From positions 88,047 to 152,046 of IMG/VR virus record IMGVR_UViG_3300050821_010639: a stretch of 64,000 nucleotides of DNA; one strand, 5' to 3'. Positions 18,295 to 28,112 of this stretch are shown piece by piece (positions within the stretch are counted from its first letter, which is position 1; each line of letters begins with the position of its first letter). Below the pieces are notes generated by a model that saw only the letters and a list, made by a program, of their open reading frames with translations, was not told the origin of the DNA and ran no database searches. The DNA comes from a virus. Made by a program: the position numbers and the translations under genes.

Positions 18295-18840
18295 TCAGAC
18301 ACCGCCGAACCGCCCGAAGTCCGGTACCGCCGGCGCGTCCAGCCGGGTGAACAGGTGCGCCACCTCGGCGATGCTGCGGTGCCGGGACGGCGGCGCCACC
18401 ACCTGCACCCCGAAGTCACCCGGGTACAGCAGCCAGTGCAGGTCACGCAGCGCGTACCAGTCCGGCAGTTTCCCGGGGTCCCGGTAGTACGACAGCGAGA
18501 CGTGCGCCCACAGGCCGCCGCCGTCTTCCCGGTGCAGGGAGTGGATCATCTTCAGGTTCAGGCTGCCGTGCCCCCAGCCGCCCAGGCCGGCGGTGCCCTC
18601 GAACGCCCGGCGCCAGCCCGCGGCCTTCAGCCGGCGCTCCTGCCCCGGCGCGTCCGCCCGGAGGCGGGCCTGCAAGTCCCCGTCCGCCACCGACCGCTCG
18701 TAGTAATCCCGGGCCGCGCGCTCCTCGTCAGGGCCCAGCCCTGTGAGCGCGGCCATGCCGGCGTTCTCCTGCTCCAGGTGCGCGCGCAGCGCGGCGCTGT
18801 TGTCCCTGACCCCGGCCTTGCGGCCTGATGAGCGTCCCAT
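18295..18840 (-). CDS. Phage hypothetical protein (W.HVSLS...LP.W motif)
   Basis: LWAHVSLS...KLPDWY...VAHL motif familiar from phage proteins. Confidence 0.7.
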   Translation of the reverse strand: MGRSSGRKAGVRDNSAALRAHLEQENAGMAALTGLGPDEERAARDYYERSVADGDLQARLRADAPGQERRLKAAGWRRAFEGTAGLGGWGHGSLNLKMIHSLHREDGGGLWAHVSLSYYRDPGKLPDWYALRDLHWLLYPGDFGVQVVAPPSRHRSIAEVAHLFTRLDAPAVPDFGRFGGV

Positions 18841-19150
18841 GGTCTTTTAATACGCCCGGCGGCCCGGCTCTCTCGCGCTGGATTGTCATGCCGGGGCATG
18901 GCTCGCCCCCTACCCCACGATTCGAACAAAATCGAGAGGTGGCGGCCCGTGCCCCGGCTATGCGTCGCCGTCCGCATGGGGAGAGATGCCCCAAGTCTTC
19001 TCCACCAGCCAGGTGCCTTGCAGGTAAGCGGCTCACCCACTCGCAAGGGGCAGCGGTGCGCCTGCGGCATATCCTGACTAGCCTCGTGCCAGAGCTTAGT
19101 CATCTGCTAAACTCCGGTCAAGACAACAGATAGGCACGGAGGTGCACCAG

Positions 19151-19378
19151 ATGGCCGAGCTTGACCCGGCACTGACCGTTGCCTGCCCGCTTTGCAAGGC
19201 GGAGCGCGGCCAGCCTTGCCTCTCCCGCAACGCGGTGAGCGTTCACCAGGCCCGGCGCAGCGCCCTCCAGGGCCTGACCTCCCGGGCCAACGCGATTCTC
19301 CGCAAGGCCGACGGCCCGTCTAAGACCCCGGCCGCGAAGCGCAAGCGCGGGAAGCGCCGCACTAACCGCCGATCGTAA
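19151..19378 (+). CDS. Phage zinc-finger protein
   Basis: CPLCKA..GQPC...H.AR; GGAGGT RBS; degenerate operator at 19107-19122. Confidence 0.7.
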   Translation: MAELDPALTVACPLCKAERGQPCLSRNAVSVHQARRSALQGLTSRANAILRKADGPSKTPAAKRKRGKRRTNRRS

Positions 19379-20018
19379 TTTCAGTGCGAAAAACCCATGC
19401 GACTCCCGGCTCTTTCACGCCGTAGCCGGCAGGGTGCGACCGCCGGTTAACCATGACCGGCTGCTCGCCGGCGTAGGCGCCGCGCAGCGCGTGGTGCGGC
19501 TCCGGCGTGAGCGGCCCGGTCGCCCAGCACCACTCGTGCCAGGCGAAGCAGGCCTCGGACTCAGCGAACGTGGCCTGCCCCCCGATGACGCCCGGCCGCG
19601 GCACGTGCGGGTAGCCGGCGTCCATCGGCCGGTACCAGGTCTGCCCCGGTTCCTCGCCACTGACCGGGCCGAGGTGAACGTGCTCGCGGTCGAACGCGGT
19701 GGCGTCCCCGCCCACCCCGAACGCGGCCCGGCCCGCCTCCAGCGCGTGCCCGCCCAGCCCGGTGAGCAGCAGCGCGAGGTTAAGGGTGCCCCCGACCGTC
19801 ACCCCGTTGCCCTCGTCGTAGACGGTGCCGCCCTCCGGCTCGCGAAACAGCAAGCGCATCAGGCTGCCGTGCAGCACGGTCCGCGGAGCCAGGGCGAGCC
19901 GCTGCGACCACGGGACCTCGCGGCGCTCGCGCGCGTACCGGACCTGGTCGGGGCTGTACTTCTCGATCGTGCACACAGGGTGCCAGGTGATGCCGTCACG
20001 GGCGAGGGGCGAGGCCAT
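19362..20018 (-). CDS. Putative virion protein, paralogue of 27086-27769
   Basis: Shared motifs (GN.VT..G, GVG...TA, HL, WYR, ATF...A.FAW.E); late motif 14 nt upstream. Confidence 0.7.
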   Translation of the reverse strand: MASPLARDGITWHPVCTIEKYSPDQVRYARERREVPWSQRLALAPRTVLHGSLMRLLFREPEGGTVYDEGNGVTVGGTLNLALLLTGLGGHALEAGRAAFGVGGDATAFDREHVHLGPVSGEEPGQTWYRPMDAGYPHVPRPGVIGGQATFAESEACFAWHEWCWATGPLTPEPHHALRGAYAGEQPVMVNRRSHPAGYGVKEPGVAWVFRTEITIGG

Positions 20019-20148
20019 GCCGGGGCAATCGTCGCCGCGGCCCTGCTCAGCGCGGCTGCTTGCATTCAGGCAAGTAACTACATCTTCCGGACGCCCGGTG
20101 TTAGTCTCCGGCTTATGCCTGGACGCATCCGGGCAGGGGAGGACAGAC

Positions 20149-20769
20149 ATGGACAGGACCAGCCTGCTCGGCAGCCGTAGGATCTCCGGCGACCAGGCGC
20201 GCCGGGTGAATTTCCCGTCTCAGGTGCTGGGGGGCTACCGGCCAGGCGACGTGGAGGCGTTCCGTACCCGGGTCACGGCGGAGCTGGACACGCTGGGCCG
20301 GGCACTGGAAGACAGCCAGGCGCAGACACTGGAGCTTGAGCGCGAGGTGGTACGGCTCAGCGAGGAACTGGCCCAGGTCCGCTCCCACCGGCCGGCCGCG
20401 GTGAGCGGCGAGCACGCGATCGACATCCTGAGCGTCGCCCAGGGCCACGCGGACCAGCTGGTGGCCGGGGCCAAGCAGGAGGCCGACCGGCTGGTGAGCA
20501 CCGCCGGGCACGAGGCCCGGCAGATGACCGAGCACGCCCGCCAGCAGGCCGCGGGCATCATCCGCCAGGCCACTAACGAGGGCGGCGCCGAGAAGGCGCG
20601 CATCATCGACTCGGCCACCGCCGAGTCCCGCCGCCAGGCCAGCTTCTACGCCGGGCTGGCAAGGGCGATGGGCGATGGGCTCGGCGGCCAGGTGGAGACC
20701 CTGCTCAAGAACCTGTCGGAGTGGGAGAGCCAGGCCCGGCAGGGCGCCCGGGAGCCGGCTCCCGCCTAG
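20149..20769 (+). CDS. DivIVA-domain coiled-coil protein
   Basis: F....GGYRPGDVEAF..RV..EL..L, then ILSVAQGHADQLVAGAKQEAD coiled coil; GGAGG RBS. Confidence 0.85.
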   Translation: MDRTSLLGSRRISGDQARRVNFPSQVLGGYRPGDVEAFRTRVTAELDTLGRALEDSQAQTLELEREVVRLSEELAQVRSHRPAAVSGEHAIDILSVAQGHADQLVAGAKQEADRLVSTAGHEARQMTEHARQQAAGIIRQATNEGGAEKARIIDSATAESRRQASFYAGLARAMGDGLGGQVETLLKNLSEWESQARQGAREPAPA

Positions 20770-20995
20770 GCCGGGAGCCGGCTGCTTCCTCGGCCTGGCT
20801 CTCCTGCAGCTCCCGTGCCACCCGCGCGGCCTGCTCCCCCTGCAAGGCGGCCAGCAGCGCCGCCTCGCGCTCCTGGCTTTCCTGCAGCGCCGCCTCGGCG
20901 AGGGCTGACCTGGCCACCTCCTCGGTCAGCCGGGCCTTGAGGATGTTGATGACCCGGATCGGGCTGACCGCGAGTTCTGGCTGCGATGTCGTCAT
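20705..20995 (-). CDS. Coiled-coil hypothetical protein
   Basis: Follows the tail genes; helical composition. Confidence 0.65.
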   Translation of the reverse strand: MTTSQPELAVSPIRVINILKARLTEEVARSALAEAALQESQEREAALLAALQGEQAARVARELQESQAEEAAGSRPRREPAPGRPAGPGSPTPTGS

Positions 20996-20998
20996 CAG

Positions 20999-21661
20999 CT
21001 AGGGGTACACCACCGGGGGAACGACCGTCACGGGGTGCGTCACTTTCTCGTGCACGTAGCCGGCCACGACCGCGTACCCGGCCGGGTTGAGGTGCGGGAC
21101 GCTGGTGACGGGGTTGACGGTCTGCCCGTTGGCGGCGAGCTGCTGGCTGAGCGCGGTCGGCGTGCCCAGCACGGCCTCCAGGTCGACGGTGCCGTCCTGC
21201 CCGTGACCCTGCCTGATCCAGTTGTTCACGTTCTCGCGCTGCGTCTCCCGAATGGCCGCCAGCCCGGCGATCGGCGGCAGCGTGGCAAGGAATACCAGGT
21301 CGCCGGCGGCGTGCGCCGCGGCGATCATCCGCGTGTACCCGGCGACGATCTGGGACCCGCCTACGGCCTGCTCGACGTCGTTGACGCCCAGCCACACGAC
21401 CAGCACGGAGCCGGGCGGCACCGCCGGCACAAGCTGCTCGAACCGCACGGTGCCGTTGAGCACGTCGTTGACGGACCCGGACGTCACCATGTCGCCGTTG
21501 ATGCCCTGGTTGGTGACGTCCCAGCCGGACAGCGCCGCCAGCTGGGAGGGGTAGCTGTCTCCCTCGTAGCCGTTCCCGGCCGGGCCGCTCATGCCGGCAC
21601 TGGTGCTTGATCCTGAGCCTGCGCCCCAGGTCAGGGAGTCTCCGAAGGACACGATGTTCAC
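20999..21661 (-). CDS. SGNH/GDSL esterase
   Basis: FGDSLTWG, NQGING, LGVND, PHLNPAGY. Confidence 0.9.
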   Translation of the reverse strand: MNIVSFGDSLTWGAGSGSSTSAGMSGPAGNGYEGDSYPSQLAALSGWDVTNQGINGDMVTSGSVNDVLNGTVRFEQLVPAVPPGSVLVVWLGVNDVEQAVGGSQIVAGYTRMIAAAHAAGDLVFLATLPPIAGLAAIRETQRENVNNWIRQGHGQDGTVDLEAVLGTPTALSQQLAANGQTVNPVTSVPHLNPAGYAVVAGYVHEKVTHPVTVVPPVVYP

Positions 21662-24600
21662 GGGCCGAGCCTCTCTATGGTTGCCGCTATGCCGGACACG
21701 GAGAAGGTGCCGGTCCCTACCGCGCGCAGGTCCAGTGTCACGGGGCTAGTCGTGTCGATCGAGATCGTGGTGCCGGCGGCACCGCCGGTCATGGCCATCA
21801 GGACGCCCGGGTTCGCGTTGCCGGCCACGTTGGGCGGCGACCCGGTGCCCACCTCGCCGATCAGCACCCTGTTCTTGACGTAGCAGGTACCGCCTGCGCC
21901 TGTTGAGGCGAAGCTGATGTCCGTCTCAGCCTCCCAGTAGAACGTGGCCGGGAGGCTGCCAGCCGCCGCCTCGGCCTCGTTCACGCCGTTGGTGAACGCC
22001 TCCCAGGCAACAGACCCGGAGGTGTACGCGCCGACGCCCCACACTTTCAGCCGGTACACGGTACCTGGTGACGGGTCGTTCGCCGGGATGGTGAACACGC
22101 CGCTGACCGTGGTAGCGGAAGTCGTGTGCGCGGTGCCCGCGGGCGGGACCGGGCTGATGGACGTAATCAGCTGCCCGTTCCACCCGGCCGCCCCGTTGCG
22201 GTAGGCGGCGGTGCCGTTGCCGTCCGCGTAGAAGATCGAGTTGACCGAGTTCGGGGTGGTCGCCTGGGTAACCATCTCCAGCCCGCCGCCGCCGCCGGAG
22301 CCGGAGCCCAGTGTCAGGTTGCCCGCGCTGCTGGCCGCCAGCGTGGTGAACTTGCTGGAGCTGTTGAACAGGCCGATGCCGGCCGGGTACGCGTTGCCGC
22401 TCCCGTCCGAGCCGGGCACCGCCGACACGCTCAGCACCAGGTTGCCGGAGGCCGGCACGGCGCTGTAGACCAGGAACTCGCCGCTGGACCCGTCGGCGAT
22501 AATGGTCGCCCCGGTGACGGTCGTTCCGTCGATGATGCCCGCGACGATGATGCCGGCCGCCAGCTTCGCCGCGGTGATGGTGCCCGCCGCGATCTGGCTG
22601 GCGGTGATGGTGGAGGCGGCGATCTGCGCGGCGGTAATGGTGGAGGCGGCGATCTGGCCAGCCGTGATGGTGCTCGCCGCGATCTGGCTGGCGGTAATAG
22701 TGCTGGCCGCGATCTGCGCGGCGGTGATGGTGTTCGCCGCGATCTGGTTGGCGGCGACCGAGCCCGCCGCGATGAGCTGGCCCGGCACCTGGCCGGCGGC
22801 GACCGCGCCGAGCACGTAGACGGTGACGCCGGAGGCGGTCGGGCCGATGACCTGGTAGGCGCTGGTTACGCCGGGCGGGCAGGCCTGCACGGTGGTCAGC
22901 GGTACCCAGGTAGTCGGCGGGACTGAGATGGTGGCCGTGCCGGACGTCCAGTTGAACCCGATGGCCACGTTCACCGCGGAGCCGCCCGGGTTGTAGGCCC
23001 AGGCCGTCATCACGTACGGCTGGCCAGGGGTCACCGGGAAGGGCGCGGTCGACCCGCTGATGAGGCAGTTCGCTGAGGTGGAGACGACCCGGGCGGCGAA
23101 CTGCGCGGCCCCCGGGGCCCCGGCGGGCGGGGTGGCGGCGGACAGCGAGCCGTTGGTGACGAACCAGCCGGTCAGGTCCCCGCCGTTGAAGAACGGGTTC
23201 GGGTTGAGCGCGTTGCCCGCGCTGTTGCCGATGAGGCTGGCCGGGAGCTGGCCGGTAAGCAGCGAGGTCGGCACCGAGGCGGCTACGGCGGATGCCTGGG
23301 CGGAGGGGGTGGACGCGATCCCGGCGGTGCTGACCGCCACCAGCTTGACGAAGTACGTGGTTCCCGCGGTCAGCCCGGAGACGGTCAGCGTCCCGCCGGC
23401 GGTCAACGTGCCCACCTGTGTCGCCGGGCTGGGCGTGAAGCCCGAGGTGCCGCTGACGTGCACCTGCGTGTACTGGAAGTTGGACAGCGGCAGCGCAGCG
23501 GCCAGCAGGCCGTCCCAGGACACGACCAGGCCCTGCACGATGCCCGCCGCCGCCGGGGTGTCCGGAGCCGCCGGAGGGGCCCCTCCGGCGTCTACAGAGG
23601 TAACTGTGCCGTCGCCCTGCAGCCCGGTCGTGGTCGAGCCGCCCGGTGCGCTCACCACCACGGTGGTGTCCCCGACCACGACCGAGCCGCCCGGCGTCTG
23701 GATGGTGACCGGGATCATGTTCCCGGTCACCGGGTCGGTGGTGCCGGCGTGCTGGTACTGGCCGGTGGCCGGGTTGTAGACCAGCGGCGCGCTGGACATG
23801 GTGGACCCGGCGCTGTTGCCGGCGACGTCGGCCAGGCCCTGCAACGTGGCGGCCGGGGTGAAGTAGGTGGGCACCTGGCCGGTGCCGTACTTGGACGGGG
23901 CTACCGGGCTGGTGCCGAGCGCGTTGACGAACTGCCCGCCCAGCTTGTTGGCCAGGTAGGTGAGCTGCTCGGCCAGCCACTGGATGTAGCTCAGGAAGGT
24001 CAGCTCGTGCGTCTCGGCGCCGGTGTTGTCGACCTGCACCGCGATGCCCACCACGCGCACCGCGTCGGTAGCGGAGAAGTCCGGGCGCTCCAGGCCCACC
24101 CAGTCCCCGACGTCGAAGTTGTCGAAGATCGTCTTGCCCGGGACGTTGGGCACCAGGCTGAACGTCCAGCTGACGACCTCGGTCTCGTTCTGCGCGAGCG
24201 CGGAGGCACTCGCGTACGCCATCGACACCGGGTCCACCTGGACCGCGGCCTGGAACCAGGTCTCGCGCTGCCCCCACTGGCTGATGAAGGCGGGGCTGGA
24301 GGCGGAGATCTCGTGCCCGTCGGCGTTCTCCCCGCCCAGCAGGGTGGTGATCTGGTTGCGGGCCCGCACCCGCTGCTTGCTGGCGACGTCGTTGCCCTCG
24401 CGCAGGATGAGGTAGCCCGAGCGGTCCACGCCGAGGGCTACCTGCCCGGTCGCCGGCTGGCCCACCCGGAGCTGGAACCCGGGGTCCATCACGTAGTCCG
24501 CGTTGACCACCGAGGTGGCCGACTGGAGCAGGGAGTACATGTCGGTGCCGTTGACCGCCTGCACGTTCTGCGTGTCCGTCCAGGCCCGGCCGTAGGTGTC

Positions 24601-27051
24601 GGCCGCCGGGGTGACGTTGGAGGTGACGAACGGGATGGTGCCGCGGGCCTGCGCCTGGCTGAACTGGTCCAGCCACACCCCCATCATGGGCACGCCCAGG
24701 TAGAGGGACCCCTGGTAACTGGGGGTGGTGACGTTGGAGTTCAGGTTGGTGATGAGCAGCGACTGGGTGTTGTCGACCGAGTAGGCGGCGGTCACGAAGA
24801 ACGTCACGTTGGTGGCGTCCCAGGCGTGGACCATCGTCCACTGCTGGGTCCACGCCTGCCCGTCGGGGCTGGTCCACCAGTAGAACGTGCCCGAGCCGCC
24901 GCCCGAGCCGGCCTGCTCGGTAATCATCCAGTACGCGTGCGCGCTGGAGTCGTAGGCGGGCAGCACCTTGGTGGACACGTGGCCGCCCGGTGAGCCCATC
25001 TGCACGTAGAACGCGCTGGCGCTCAGCCCGAACATCGCGTAGGCGCTGCTGTCGAAGTTGGACTGGAAGTAGAACTGGGTCAGCTCGGAGCCGTTGAGCC
25101 CGGTGCCGTAGGTGGCCGGGGTGGAGGAGTCGGTGGTGGTGGAGGAGACCCCGATCGGCGTGATCTGCACCGAGATGAGCGTGTCGGTGGCGTCGTACGG
25201 GCTGGAGCCGAGGAACGTGGTCGACGGGCTGGCCTCCAGGGTCAGCGAGCCCGACGGGAACAGCGCGCCCAGGTTGTAGCCGACCCCGCCCGGGTACGCG
25301 AACAGGTTGGCGATCGGCGTGATGAAGACGTGGCCGGACGGGGTGAGGGTCGTCCAGATGTTGGTGTCGACCACGCCGTTGCCGTTGACGTCGACCTCGT
25401 CGAAGCTGTCGAGCAGGCCGTCCAGCTTGAGCACGATGTCGGGGAAGCCCTGCGGCGCCACCATCGCCCACTTGAGGGTGGCGATGGTGCCCGGCCCGGT
25501 GACGGTGACCTGGCGCTGCTCGCTCGGGTCTACCAGCTGCTCGGTGACGGTCTCGCCCAGGAACTCGAACCGCGGCACGCCGTCCTTGCGGAACTGCCAC
25601 AGGCACTCCTCGTCCAGCAGGGTCTCCGCCGGCAGCCCGCCGGGCAGCGTCACCTCCTGCCACCACGGGTCGTCCTGGGACAGCACCACGGTGCCGGACC
25701 CGATGTCGTCCAGCTGACGGGCGAACTGAAAGTTCAGCAGCATCGACTGAGGGATGACCGCCAGCAGGGTCACGTAGTCGAGCCCCGAGTAGACGTAGAC
25801 CTCCCAGCTGTTGCCGACCGCCGACGGGGTGACGGAGGCCGCGCCGGACGGGCCGCCCTGGTAGCCGGGCGGGTTCACCTGGCTGCCGACCGGCGCGGGC
25901 AGGATGCCGCCGAGGCTGGGCGCTCCCCCGGCTGCCCGGACGAGCGAGTCGGCCGCCGCCGCGGTGTCGTGCAGGGCGGCGGTAACGCTGGGAACCACGC
26001 GGGCGTCGGCCGCCGCCGCGGTGTCGTGCAGGGGAACGGCGGCACTGACCGCCAGAGCGTCGGCCGCGGCGGCGGTGTCAGAGACAGCGAGGGCCGCGCT
26101 GACCGCCAGCTTGTCGGCCGCCGCTGCGGTGTCCCCCGGCTGCGGCGTGAGGTTGGCGGCAGCATCGGCCGCCGCTGCGGTGTCGGAGAGGGAGACGGCA
26201 ACGCTGACCGCCAGGGAGTCCGACGCGGCAGCGGTGTCGCCCAGGGAGACCGGGCTGCCGGAGGCCAGGGCGTCGGCTGCCGCCGCGGTGTCGCCCAGGG
26301 GCACGGCAACGCTGACCGCCAGCTTGTCAGACGCGGCGGCGGTGTCACCCAGGGGAACGACGGCACTGACTGACAGGGCGTCAGACGCGGCGGCGGTGTC
26401 CGCCACCGTCTTAGGCGTGGTGACGCTGGCCTCGAAGATCATGATGCCAAGGCCGGCCGTACCGTCAGTGGAGTCGCCGATGTTCGGCGTCTGCGTGGCG
26501 TTGACGCAGCTGAAGTTCATCGCGACGGGGTTGCCGCCCGCGTCAATGAAGTACGTGTACCCGCTGGTAGAACCCGCTGTGCCGGTGCCGTTGTCGAAGA
26601 CGTGGCTCCAGTACGTCCGGCCCGCGGCGGTCGGCGTGACAGGGGCCATGCTGCCGCCGGACCCCACGTCAATGGCGCCCGTGGCGTCCAGGGTGATGGA
26701 ACTGAACCCGACGCTGGTGGTCATCTCTGTCCACGCGACACGCAGCTGAGGCGTGCCGGCGGCCAGCGTGATGGTGACCGTGGCCGAGCTGGCGCTGGTC
26801 ACCTGGCCGATGAAGATCGTCTGGACCAGGGTCGTGCCGACCAGGCCCGTCGTGCCCGTGACGGTGTGCGCGACCAGTACGGTCCACGTCGCGTTGGAGG
26901 AGGAGGCCGCGGTCGCGAAGTCGGCAGTCGTCTCGCTGATGACCGACAGCAGGACGAAGTTGCCGATCGCGTGCGGGGCCAGGGTGAACGTCTTGGCGGT
27001 TGAGCTGTAAGAGCCCGAGAACGGCGAGGTGCCCGCGCCCGCGATGGTCAT
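21658..27051 (-). CDS. Large multidomain minor tail / host-recognition protein
   Basis: Tail-region position; F.RQLDDIGSGTV tail-hub-like segment, FN3-like SGLTAGTTYFVKLVAV, CBM-like LNPNPFF..GW, internal repeats. Confidence 0.85.
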   Translation of the reverse strand: MTIAGAGTSPFSGSYSSTAKTFTLAPHAIGNFVLLSVISETTADFATAASSSNATWTVLVAHTVTGTTGLVGTTLVQTIFIGQVTSASSATVTITLAAGTPQLRVAWTEMTTSVGFSSITLDATGAIDVGSGGSMAPVTPTAAGRTYWSHVFDNGTGTAGSTSGYTYFIDAGGNPVAMNFSCVNATQTPNIGDSTDGTAGLGIMIFEASVTTPKTVADTAAASDALSVSAVVPLGDTAAASDKLAVSVAVPLGDTAAAADALASGSPVSLGDTAAASDSLAVSVAVSLSDTAAAADAAANLTPQPGDTAAAADKLAVSAALAVSDTAAAADALAVSAAVPLHDTAAAADARVVPSVTAALHDTAAAADSLVRAAGGAPSLGGILPAPVGSQVNPPGYQGGPSGAASVTPSAVGNSWEVYVYSGLDYVTLLAVIPQSMLLNFQFARQLDDIGSGTVVLSQDDPWWQEVTLPGGLPAETLLDEECLWQFRKDGVPRFEFLGETVTEQLVDPSEQRQVTVTGPGTIATLKWAMVAPQGFPDIVLKLDGLLDSFDEVDVNGNGVVDTNIWTTLTPSGHVFITPIANLFAYPGGVGYNLGALFPSGSLTLEASPSTTFLGSSPYDATDTLISVQITPIGVSSTTTDSSTPATYGTGLNGSELTQFYFQSNFDSSAYAMFGLSASAFYVQMGSPGGHVSTKVLPAYDSSAHAYWMITEQAGSGGGSGTFYWWTSPDGQAWTQQWTMVHAWDATNVTFFVTAAYSVDNTQSLLITNLNSNVTTPSYQGSLYLGVPMMGVWLDQFSQAQARGTIPFVTSNVTPAADTYGRAWTDTQNVQAVNGTDMYSLLQSATSVVNADYVMDPGFQLRVGQPATGQVALGVDRSGYLILREGNDVASKQRVRARNQITTLLGGENADGHEISASSPAFISQWGQRETWFQAAVQVDPVSMAYASASALAQNETEVVSWTFSLVPNVPGKTIFDNFDVGDWVGLERPDFSATDAVRVVGIAVQVDNTGAETHELTFLSYIQWLAEQLTYLANKLGGQFVNALGTSPVAPSKYGTGQVPTYFTPAATLQGLADVAGNSAGSTMSSAPLVYNPATGQYQHAGTTDPVTGNMIPVTIQTPGGSVVVGDTTVVVSAPGGSTTTGLQGDGTVTSVDAGGAPPAAPDTPAAAGIVQGLVVSWDGLLAAALPLSNFQYTQVHVSGTSGFTPSPATQVGTLTAGGTLTVSGLTAGTTYFVKLVAVSTAGIASTPSAQASAVAASVPTSLLTGQLPASLIGNSAGNALNPNPFFNGGDLTGWFVTNGSLSAATPPAGAPGAAQFAARVVSTSANCLISGSTAPFPVTPGQPYVMTAWAYNPGGSAVNVAIGFNWTSGTATISVPPTTWVPLTTVQACPPGVTSAYQVIGPTASGVTVYVLGAVAAGQVPGQLIAAGSVAANQIAANTITAAQIAASTITASQIAASTITAGQIAASTITAAQIAASTITASQIAAGTITAAKLAAGIIVAGIIDGTTVTGATIIADGSSGEFLVYSAVPASGNLVLSVSAVPGSDGSGNAYPAGIGLFNSSSKFTTLAASSAGNLTLGSGSGGGGGLEMVTQATTPNSVNSIFYADGNGTAAYRNGAAGWNGQLITSISPVPPAGTAHTTSATTVSGVFTIPANDPSPGTVYRLKVWGVGAYTSGSVAWEAFTNGVNEAEAAAGSLPATFYWEAETDISFASTGAGGTCYVKNRVLIGEVGTGSPPNVAGNANPGVLMAMTGGAAGTTISIDTTSPVTLDLRAVGTGTFSVSGIAATIERLGP
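22500..22780 (-). repeat. 10-aa tandem repeats (ITAxQIAAST) in the tail protein
   Basis: About seven 30-nt units. Confidence 0.85.
25940..26405 (-). repeat. ~17-20-aa repeats (LxDTAAAxDxLxVS) in the tail protein
   Basis: Nine DTAAA copies. Confidence 0.85.
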
Positions 27052-27085
27052 GCCCGGCCTCCTCCGTCAACGGGCGGAGGGCCCA

Positions 27086-27769
27086 TCAGGTCGGCGAGGC
27101 CGCGAAACCGAACGTCAGGGTCTCCGTCGCGGTCCAGGTCTGGCCGCTGGCCTTGGTGCCCTGGGAGCTGATGCCGTGGTTGAGGAACACGCCGGAGACC
27201 GTGTTCGAGTCGGCCGCCCCGTTGTCGGTGCCGAACTCGGCCCACGCGAAGTTGCCGGCTGAGGTGCCGAACGTCGCGGCGAACGTCAGGGTAGGCGGGG
27301 AGGAGCCGGTGGAGATGGACGGCGCGGAGGAGACCAGCTTGTACCAGGCGGTGGTCGAGTTGCCGTCCCCGCCCAGGTGCGCGTCGGCGTAGGCGGCGGC
27401 GGTGGCGACGGTGCCGGCCCCGATCCGCCCGGCGGCGGCGCCGAACTTGGTGGCGATCGACGTGCCGGCGATCGAGCCGAGGATGGCGACCCAGCCCGCC
27501 TGGGTGACCAGGTTGCAGTCGTCGTCCTGGGTCTCGGAGTACGGCTTCACGCCGTAGTAGGCGAACGTCTCCGGGCTGATGGTAACGTCCTCGCCCCGCG
27601 TCAGCAGGAACAGCGCGTCCCGGTCGGCCTTGCGCAGCGTCCACGCCGTCTGCTCGGCGTCCCACCGCGTGACCCTGAACGAGGTGCTCACCCGAACGTG
27701 CTCGCCCAGCGGGACCCCGGCTGCGACGACCAGCCGCTCCCCTGCCGCCGCGAAGTCTCCGTGCGTCAT
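27086..27769 (-). CDS. Putative minor tail/virion protein
   Basis: GGAGG RBS; Gly/Ala/Thr-rich beta-type composition; tail region. Confidence 0.7.
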   Translation of the reverse strand: MTHGDFAAAGERLVVAAGVPLGEHVRVSTSFRVTRWDAEQTAWTLRKADRDALFLLTRGEDVTISPETFAYYGVKPYSETQDDDCNLVTQAGWVAILGSIAGTSIATKFGAAAGRIGAGTVATAAAYADAHLGGDGNSTTAWYKLVSSAPSISTGSSPPTLTFAATFGTSAGNFAWAEFGTDNGAADSNTVSGVFLNHGISSQGTKASGQTWTATETLTFGFAASPT

Positions 27770-27912
27770 GCGGGCCTCCCTGGGGCCTCTGGCCGCGGGC
27801 GCGGCGGCGGGGTCGCCGGGTACGGGACCAGGCCACGACCCTGCACCTGCAGCTCCAGGCCCTCGCTCACCAGGCACTCGTCGTAATCGGTCACGGTCAC
27901 GGGCTCGCTCAT
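27766..27912 (-). CDS. 48-aa hypothetical protein
   Basis: ATGA coupling at both ends. Confidence 0.45.
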   Translation of the reverse strand: MSEPVTVTDYDECLVSEGLELQVQGRGLVPYPATPPPRPRPEAPGRPA

Positions 27913-28112
27913 TCGTCCAGCCCCAGGACGGTGAGGAGATCGGCGAGCGTGTCATCGCCGCCCGCCGCGCGGATCTTCAGCCGCAGCAGGGCACGGCGCT
28001 GCTTTTCAACGCGAGCCTGCTCTTCAGCGGCACCGCTCACCGGCAGCGGCCCGTCGTACTCGCGGTCGGCGTACCGCTGGTTCGCCAGGTCGATGATCCG
28101 CTCGGTAGTCAT
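27909..28112 (-). CDS. Hypothetical protein
   Basis: TGATG coupling. Confidence 0.65.
   Translation of the reverse strand: MTTERIIDLANQRYADREYDGPLPVSGAAEEQARVEKQRRALLRLKIRAAGGDDTLADLLTVLGLDE

Noticed and set aside
18841-18900. Possible further bypass site GTA-TTA upstream of the 18295-18840 gene
   Set aside because: No nearby matching landing codon into the gene's frame, and ATG 18840 gives an adequate start.
22500-26405. CRISPR array or DGR-type repeats
   Set aside because: The repeats are degenerate in-frame protein repeats with no spacers; no cas or reverse transcriptase gene was seen.
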